This document shows, in pieces, positions 55,767 through 64,000 of a DNA stretch of 64,000 nucleotides. Location of the stretch: contig JANNVQ010000030.1 in the NCBI GenBank assembly GCA_031414535.1, positions 1 through 64,000 on the forward strand, in the 5' to 3' direction. Within the stretch, counting starts at the first letter, position 1. Each line of letters opens with the position of its first letter. This DNA comes from Gemmatimonas sp. (GTDB taxonomy: Bacteria; Gemmatimonadota; Gemmatimonadetes; Gemmatimonadales; Gemmatimonadaceae). A program made the translations under genes and the position numbers. The notes under the pieces are model-generated. The model did not search any database. It was not told the DNA's origin and saw nothing but the letters and a program-made list of their open reading frames with translations.

Positions 55767-56309
55767 ATGCCCTACACCCCAGAGATCCGCACGGAGCGAT
55801 TGCTGCTGCGCCCCTGGCGCGTGGCCGACGCAGGGCTGCTCAAGGACGCGATTGACCGCAATCTGGCGCATCTACGGCCGTGGATGGCGTGGGCACACGA
55901 TGAGCCCTCTCCCCTCAGCGTGATTGAGGCGCGGATCCTCAAGTTCGAGCAAGACTTCTTGGCGGGGCGCGACAGCATCTACGCCATCTTCTCGGCCGAT
56001 GAATCCACGGTGATTGGCGGCACAGGACTGCATCCACGCATTGAGGCCGGCGTTGAGATCGGCTATTGGCTCGACCGTCGAGAGCAAGGCAATGGCTACG
56101 CCACGGAAGCGGCCCAAGCACTCGTGCGAGAGGCCTTCCAACATGCGGACATCGCGTGCGTCCAGATTCGCTGCGACCCTGGTAACCTGAGGAGCGCCGC
56201 CCTGCCCGCGCGCCTGGGATTCGTGCATGTGGAGACGCTCGCGGGCGACATCACCGCGCCGGACGGCAGCCTGCGCGACACCATGGTGTGGGAGTTGCGG
56301 CGCCCGTAA
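55767..56309 (+). CDS. RimJ/RimL-type GNAT acetyltransferase
   Basis: IRTERLLLRP; EIGYWL...GNGYATEA; NLRS..L..RLGF. Confidence 0.9.
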   Translation: MPYTPEIRTERLLLRPWRVADAGLLKDAIDRNLAHLRPWMAWAHDEPSPLSVIEARILKFEQDFLAGRDSIYAIFSADESTVIGGTGLHPRIEAGVEIGYWLDRREQGNGYATEAAQALVREAFQHADIACVQIRCDPGNLRSAALPARLGFVHVETLAGDITAPDGSLRDTMVWELRRP

Positions 56310-56440
56310 GGGCGCGAATAAGTGAACCACAAAGCCGCCGATTCAGAGCAGGCCTTGCGTTACGCCAATGTACTTTGTATCGTCAAGTACTTGACGGCCA
56401 GCCATTTTCGCCACGCGCCACCTCTTCCAACGAACCCGGC

Positions 56441-57862
56441 ATGACTCCCCAACTCGCTCGCCGCCTCCTCGCCCTTGCCGCTGTGCTTGGCATTGCGGCC
56501 GACTACTTCCTCCGCGCAGGTGCCTGGCGCGCGGGGTTCGTGGTCTGGGCGCTCATGGTGCTCGGCGTCGGCGTCACTCTTGGCCACGATGAGGCCGCCA
56601 AAGGCGAGCGTCGCATGCTTTTCGCCGCGGCGGGCGCGCTCGCGTTGCTGCTGATTCTGCGCGACGCCCCAATGCTCTATGCGCTCGACTTCTTTGGCTT
56701 TGTCGTCGTGCTCTTCCTCATTGCCTGGCGCGCCCATGGGCGTCCTCTCGCGCAACTCGAGCCTCGCGATGCGCTGATTGGAGTAGCCTCGACCGTGGCA
56801 GCCGGAGCGGCCGGTGGCCCCATGCTCGTGGTTCGGGACTCCGACGCCACCAAAGTAGACGAAGGCTGGCGACGCTCGGCCAAGACGTTCGCCATCGGCA
56901 GCGTAGCCGCGATTCCCGTGCTCTTTATCGTCTCTGGATTGCTCGCCGAGGCCGATCCAATGTACGCGCGGTTCCTCGACCAGATTGGCACAGTCTTGCA
57001 ACTCAGCAGCGTGAGCCACGCGCTACTGATCGTGGTGGCGACTTGGCTCACGGCCGGTGCCCTGCGCGGCTCCGTGCAACCGGTGTTTATTGACGCGAGT
57101 AAGCTGCGCGGACGGCTTGACCTCCCCTTCGCCGCCGCCGCCCCCGTGCTGGGCGGGCTCTGTTTGCTGCTCAGCGTATGGATTGGCCTGCAGATGCGTA
57201 GCCTGTTTGGCGGTACTTCGTACATTGCCGGAGCGTCGGGTGTCACGGTGGCCGACTACGCGCGCCGCGGATTCTTCGAGCTCATCGTGATTGCCGGCAT
57301 CGTGCTCGCGGTGCTCCTCGTGGCAGACGATGTGCTCGACCGTGAGGACGGTGCCCAGCGTCGCTCGTTCCGCACCTGGGGCCAATTGCTCGTCGCACTC
57401 GTGGGCGCCGTGTTGATCTCCGCCATCATGCGCCTCGCACTCTACTTGGACTACTTCGGGCTCACTGACGATCGCGTGTTCGCGCTTGCCGTGCTGGTGT
57501 GGGTGGCCTTGGTACTTGTATGGTTCTCTTTGACCGTATTACGCGGTGTCCGCATGCGCTTTGCGCCAGGGGTGCTGGTCATCTCCGCCTGCTGGCTTGG
57601 CCTGCTCAACATCGCGAACCCAGAGCGTTGGGTGGTGGAGCTGAACCTGCGTCGCGCGGAGCAAGGTCAAGAGTTTGACGTCGCCTACCACGCTCAGCTT
57701 TCGGGCGATGCAATTCCAACATTGCTGCGCGAAGTAAACCGACTTGGCGCCGAGCGTGCCGCTGAAGTGCGCGCAGCCGTCACAACGGAGTGGACAAAGC
57801 GAAAGCTCCACCGCGCCGACTGGCGCAGGTGGAGCTTGCCCTTCTCACTCGTGAAGCCTTAG
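56441..57862 (+). CDS. DUF4173/DUF4153 membrane protein
   Basis: LLAEADP; YARRGFFEL; RLALYLDYFGLT; LSGDAIP. Confidence 0.8.
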   Translation: MTPQLARRLLALAAVLGIAADYFLRAGAWRAGFVVWALMVLGVGVTLGHDEAAKGERRMLFAAAGALALLLILRDAPMLYALDFFGFVVVLFLIAWRAHGRPLAQLEPRDALIGVASTVAAGAAGGPMLVVRDSDATKVDEGWRRSAKTFAIGSVAAIPVLFIVSGLLAEADPMYARFLDQIGTVLQLSSVSHALLIVVATWLTAGALRGSVQPVFIDASKLRGRLDLPFAAAAPVLGGLCLLLSVWIGLQMRSLFGGTSYIAGASGVTVADYARRGFFELIVIAGIVLAVLLVADDVLDREDGAQRRSFRTWGQLLVALVGAVLISAIMRLALYLDYFGLTDDRVFALAVLVWVALVLVWFSLTVLRGVRMRFAPGVLVISACWLGLLNIANPERWVVELNLRRAEQGQEFDVAYHAQLSGDAIPTLLREVNRLGAERAAEVRAAVTTEWTKRKLHRADWRRWSLPFSLVKP

Positions 57863-57868
57863 CCAACT

Positions 57869-60130
<2,262 letters not shown>

Positions 60131-60183
60131 TTACGAATCTACTTCAAGGGCGAAGGGTTTCCGATTTTCGCTAAGGAGAGAGA

Positions 60184-60615
60184 ATGTCCCGTTCTGAGAC
60201 TGAAATGAGACCGCTTGCTTTGCAGATTGCCCGGAATTTCGCTCTTTGGCTGCTGTTTGTTCCCATCATCTTCATTCTGCTGAGTCCCATCGGAACGGCG
60301 CCCCTACCGGACGCTGAGGGCTGGATGCGCTTGGCGATGGTCGGCGTTCCCTTTCTCCTCGCCGGCGCGGTAGTAGAGGCAGTCTCCGCCCGGGCCTCTA
60401 CACCGTGGCGCCGCGCAATCGGAAATGGATTTTCGACTGCACTATTTATGTTCGTGGTATTGAATAGCGAGCGACTCGCGGTGGGCTTCGACGGCGCGCG
60501 CTTCGCGAAGGGGCTCGTCGTGCTTCCCGTGATGGCCCTCTTCTTTGCGCTGCATCCGTGGATCATAGAGACCTACCTCACCCCCCGCAAGCCGCCGACA
60601 GAGCCCGCCACGTAG
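60184..60615 (+). CDS. Hypothetical membrane protein
   Basis: AAGGAG RBS; four TM segments. Confidence 0.6.
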   Translation: MSRSETEMRPLALQIARNFALWLLFVPIIFILLSPIGTAPLPDAEGWMRLAMVGVPFLLAGAVVEAVSARASTPWRRAIGNGFSTALFMFVVLNSERLAVGFDGARFAKGLVVLPVMALFFALHPWIIETYLTPRKPPTEPAT

Positions 60616-60644
60616 TCAACGAAGCGCCTTCCAGTGGAGCGAAA

Positions 60645-60866
60645 ATGTCAAAGAAACTGCAGACCTACGAAGCGCCTGGCATCACGGTCACGTTCGACCC
60701 TAACATCTGCACGCACTCGGCCGTGTGCGTGCGCGGCTTGCCGGCGGTGTTCGACACAAAGCGCAGCCGCTGGGTACGCCCTGAACTCGCGACGCCAGAG
60801 GAAGTCATGGCGCAAGTCGCCAAGTGTCCCTCTGGAGCACTGCAAGCGACGCTGACCTCGAAGTGA
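60645..60866 (+). CDS. Divergent 4Fe-4S (YjdI-like) protein
   Basis: ICTHSAVCVRGLP.VF...W..P...CPSGAL. Confidence 0.85.
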   Translation: MSKKLQTYEAPGITVTFDPNICTHSAVCVRGLPAVFDTKRSRWVRPELATPEEVMAQVAKCPSGALQATLTSK

Positions 60867-61603
60867 CGGCTCTGAGTCGCAGCGCGCCGGGCCGCTTTCT
60901 CACGGCGAAGTGGCGCGACCTGTTGATGCTCAACTACGCTGTGGACCCGGCGCTCCTGCTGCCGTTGGTTCCGGCGGGCACCACACTTGATCTCTGGGAC
61001 GGCGCCGCCATCGCGAGCGTGGTCGGGTTTCGCTTCGTGGACACGCGAGTGCTCGGTATTCCCGTACCGTGGCATCGCGATTTTGACGAAGTGAACCTGC
61101 GCTTCTACGTGCGGCGGGTGGAGGGAAGCGAGGTGCGGCGCGGCGTCGTGTTCATCCGCGAACTCGTCCCCCGCGCTGCCATCGCCTGGCTGGCGCGCAC
61201 CCTCTACAACGAGCCATATCGCGCGCTGCCGATGCGGCACGCAATTGCCGAGAGCGCCGCGGGTCGCGAGCTGCGCTACGAGTGGCGCGAACGCGAACAG
61301 TGGGTGGGCATCGCCGCGCGCACTCGCGGTGCGGCGGCTCCGTTTGTCGTCGGCTCAGAGGCGGAGTTCATCACCGAGCACTATTGGGGCTACACGCGCC
61401 AGCGTGATGGCGGGACTATTGAGTACCGCGTGGCGCATCCCTCGTGGTCCGTGTGGGCCGCCGAAGAGCCGCGTGTGTACGGCGATGTTGCTCGTACCTA
61501 CGGCGCGCAGTTTGCGGCGGCTCTCAGTGGCAGCCCGCGCTCGGCGTTCGTCGCCGTGGGTAGCGAGATTAGCGTAGATAAGGGGCGACGCTTGTCGGCC
61601 TGA
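60863..61603 (+). CDS. DUF2071 (YqjF-like) protein
   Basis: WRDLLMLNY; F.EVNLRFYV; FITEHYWGY; V.HP.W. Confidence 0.85.
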   Translation: MTALSRSAPGRFLTAKWRDLLMLNYAVDPALLLPLVPAGTTLDLWDGAAIASVVGFRFVDTRVLGIPVPWHRDFDEVNLRFYVRRVEGSEVRRGVVFIRELVPRAAIAWLARTLYNEPYRALPMRHAIAESAAGRELRYEWREREQWVGIAARTRGAAAPFVVGSEAEFITEHYWGYTRQRDGGTIEYRVAHPSWSVWAAEEPRVYGDVARTYGAQFAAALSGSPRSAFVAVGSEISVDKGRRLSA

Positions 61604-61615
61604 GTATTTTCCGCG

Positions 61616-62527
61616 ATGACCCGTTCTGCTGACATCGCCCTGCTCACCGACCACCGCTTCACCGCCACGGAGGCGGCACCGGACGATTGGTACCTGCGCA
61701 ACATCCTGCACGACGATGGCTTGCTGCAGACTGCACTCAGTGAGCTAGGGCTGACGAGCGTTCGGCTCGACTGGGCGGATCCGACGGTGGATTGGTCGCA
61801 GTTCCGCTGCGCCGTGTTCCGCACCACCTGGGATTACTTCGAGCGCTATGCGGAGTTCACGGCTTGGCTTGAGCGCATCGAGACCCAAACGCGGCTCGTG
61901 AACGCCGCGCACACCATTTGGTGGAATCTCGACAAGCATTATCTGGCTGATCTCGAGAGGCGCGGCGTGCCCGTGGTGCCTTCGAGATACATCGAGCCGG
62001 GGGATGGGTCGTCGCTGCTGGCGCTACTTGGCGAGATGCAGTGGGACGAAGCGGTGCTCAAACCCTGCGTCTCGGGCGCGGCGCGGCATACGTATCGCGT
62101 GAACGCCTCGAACGCCGCATCACTGCAAAGCGAACTGGTGCCGCTCTTGGCGACGGAATCGTTCATGCTGCAGCCTTTCGTGGCGGATATTACCGTGAAC
62201 GGTGAATACACGCTGATGGTGATTGACGGCGAAGTCACACACGCCGTGCAAAAGGTGCCGAAGGCTGGCGACTTCCGCGTGCAGGACGATCACGGCGGGA
62301 AGTGGATGCCCTACGCGCCGACTGCTGAGCAGAGTGCCTTTGCGCAGCGCGCGATGCAGTCGGTGACGCCGATGCCACAGTACGGGCGAGTGGACATGGT
62401 GCGCGGCAATGACGGCGGCTGGCAAATCATGGAGCTAGAGCTGATTGAGCCGGAGCTTTGGCTGCGGACTAAGCCGGAGGCGGCCACGCGATTGGCAGCC
62501 GCGCTAGCCCGCGATATCGCAGGCTAG
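61616..62527 (+). CDS. ATP-grasp protein (RimK/GshB-like)
   Basis: RTTWDY, DKHYL, KPCVSG, DFRVQDDHGG, MELELIEP. Confidence 0.85.
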   Translation: MTRSADIALLTDHRFTATEAAPDDWYLRNILHDDGLLQTALSELGLTSVRLDWADPTVDWSQFRCAVFRTTWDYFERYAEFTAWLERIETQTRLVNAAHTIWWNLDKHYLADLERRGVPVVPSRYIEPGDGSSLLALLGEMQWDEAVLKPCVSGAARHTYRVNASNAASLQSELVPLLATESFMLQPFVADITVNGEYTLMVIDGEVTHAVQKVPKAGDFRVQDDHGGKWMPYAPTAEQSAFAQRAMQSVTPMPQYGRVDMVRGNDGGWQIMELELIEPELWLRTKPEAATRLAAALARDIAG

Positions 62528-62540
62528 CGCCTAGCGGAGC

Positions 62541-63110
62541 TTACTTCAGCTCCGTCATCGACTTAATCATCTTCCCCGCCACACCGTACTCAATGGCCGA
62601 CTGCGCGTCGAGCCAGAAGTTACGGTTGGTGTCTTCCTCGATGCGCGCGAGGGGCTGGCCTGTGGCCGCCGCGAAGATCTTGTTGAGACGCTCGCGCATC
62701 TTGATGATTTCGCGTGCCTCGATAGCGATGTCCGACGCGGTACCGCCCATGCCGCCTGCCGGCTGATGCAGCAGGAAGCGCGTGTTGGGCAGGCAGAAGC
62801 GCCGCTCCTTGGGCACAGAGACGTAGATGAGGGCACCTGCGCTCGCCACCCAACCCGTGCCCACGATGCGCACCGGTGCGTCCACGAACTGGATCATGTC
62901 GTGGATGGTGTCGCCGGCCTCGACGTGCCCGCCCTGCGAGTTCAAATAGAGCGTGATGGCATCCTTGGACTCAGAAGCCATCGCGAGCAACTGGGTGGTC
63001 ACCCGCTCGGACAGTTCCTGGTCGATGCCACCGGAAATAATGATGGCGCGCGCCTTGTAGAGGCGTTCGGCGAGAAGGTCCTGCGCGATGACGGGGTTGC
63101 TGCTGGACAT
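62541..63110 (-). CDS. clpP: ATP-dependent Clp protease proteolytic subunit
   Basis: LNSQGG, VASAG, LHQP, TNRNFW. Confidence 0.92.
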   Translation of the reverse strand: MSSSNPVIAQDLLAERLYKARAIIISGGIDQELSERVTTQLLAMASESKDAITLYLNSQGGHVEAGDTIHDMIQFVDAPVRIVGTGWVASAGALIYVSVPKERRFCLPNTRFLLHQPAGGMGGTASDIAIEAREIIKMRERLNKIFAAATGQPLARIEEDTNRNFWLDAQSAIEYGVAGKMIKSMTELK

Positions 63111-63177
63111 TAGAGCTCCGCGGCCGCTTGGCCGTTTGGGTTAGTTGGAAATCTAGCGGCCTGCGCTATTCTACAAG

Positions 63178-64000
63178 ATGCGCATTCTCGCCTCCCTCCT
63201 GCTCCTCCCCTCCTTCCTGTGCGCCCAACCCGGCGGCAATCAAGGCGGCGTCACCATCCAGGCCGGCGAGCAGTGCCCGCCGGGCATGACCGAAGTGCGG
63301 CCGCGCAACTGTCGCGCGCCCACCATGCCGGCACCGAGCATCCTCGACTACCGCCCGCGTAACACGGTGGTGAGCGTGGAGCACACGGTGCCGCGCGCCA
63401 AGTTCCCGGCCGTGGACTTCCACGGACATCCGGCGACGATCACCAGCGCCGCGCAATTGGATGCGCTACGCGCCGAGTTTGATGCCATGGGACTGGGCGT
63501 GATGGTCGCGGCGAACAACGTACGCGGCGATGCCTTGCGGAATCAGATGGCGATTGTGGCGGCGCATCCGACGATGAAGGACCGGATGCGATTCCTCACG
63601 GGCATTGATTTCCGTGACGTGGGGCCCGGCTGGGCCACGCGGGCCATCGCGGACCTTGAGGCCAATGCCGCGGCGGGCGCCATCGGCATCGGCGAGATCG
63701 GCAAGGGCCTTGGGCTCAACACCCGCAAGGCGGACGGCTCGAGACTGGCGATTGACGACCCCGAGCTTGACCCCATCTGGCAGGCCGCCGCGCGACTGAA
63801 CCTTCCTGTGTTCATCCACACCGCGGACCCGGCCGAGTTCTGGCAGGCGATTGACTTCAACAACGAGCGCTGGCTCGAGCTCGCGCTATTTCCGAATCGC
63901 CGCTACGGTGAGGAATTCCCGAGCTTCGAGCAGCTCGCTCGTGAGCGCGACAACATGATCAAGCGCAATCCACGCACAACGTTCGTGGTGGCGCACATGG
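63178..64000 (+). CDS. Amidohydrolase family protein (incomplete, runs off window)
   Basis: Read directly: MRILASLLL..., VDFHGH, PVFIHTADP, VVAHM. Confidence 0.8.
   Translation, partial: MRILASLLLLPSFLCAQPGGNQGGVTIQAGEQCPPGMTEVRPRNCRAPTMPAPSILDYRPRNTVVSVEHTVPRAKFPAVDFHGHPATITSAAQLDALRAEFDAMGLGVMVAANNVRGDALRNQMAIVAAHPTMKDRMRFLTGIDFRDVGPGWATRAIADLEANAAAGAIGIGEIGKGLGLNTRKADGSRLAIDDPELDPIWQAAARLNLPVFIHTADPAEFWQAIDFNNERWLELALFPNRRYGEEFPSFEQLARERDNMIKRNPRTTFVVAHM

Overview
GC-rich bacterial DNA, probably Gemmatimonadota; this is inferred from the SusC/SusD-type pair, the carboxypeptidase-regulatory/plug proteins and the M28/DUF5916 content, and is not proven. The window has four parts. (1) Bases 1-~15,800 hold an integron-type gene cassette array built from one family of ~135-bp attC repeats. 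No integrase is visible in the window. The array is intact at the left and decays to the right. It carries two toxin-antitoxin pairs, a complete subclass B3 metallo-beta-lactamase, a reverse-oriented mscL, hydrolases and several pseudogenes, and is interrupted by a ~5.4-kb block with no attC. (2) Bases ~15.8-27.5 kb hold accessory enzymes: GNATs, a serine hydrolase, an unusual four-domain multicopper oxidase, tandem lipoprotein paralogs, a transglutaminase-like protein and an M1 peptidase. (3) Bases 27.5-47.1 kb hold a sphingomonad-like Entner-Doudoroff operon divergent from a beta-glucan utilisation locus. That locus has a GH-A hydrolase fused to a probable outer-membrane barrel, two GH3s, an MFS transporter, a GH16, a ROK regulator and glycan-binding-like lipoproteins, with two matching 25-bp ROK-type operators. 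(4) Bases 47.2-64 kb hold SusC/SusD, two barrel-less TonB-plug proteins, a D-T/S repeat lipoprotein, katG, a Ser-His-Asn type clpP and others. All family calls come from motif recognition by eye; no database searches were run.
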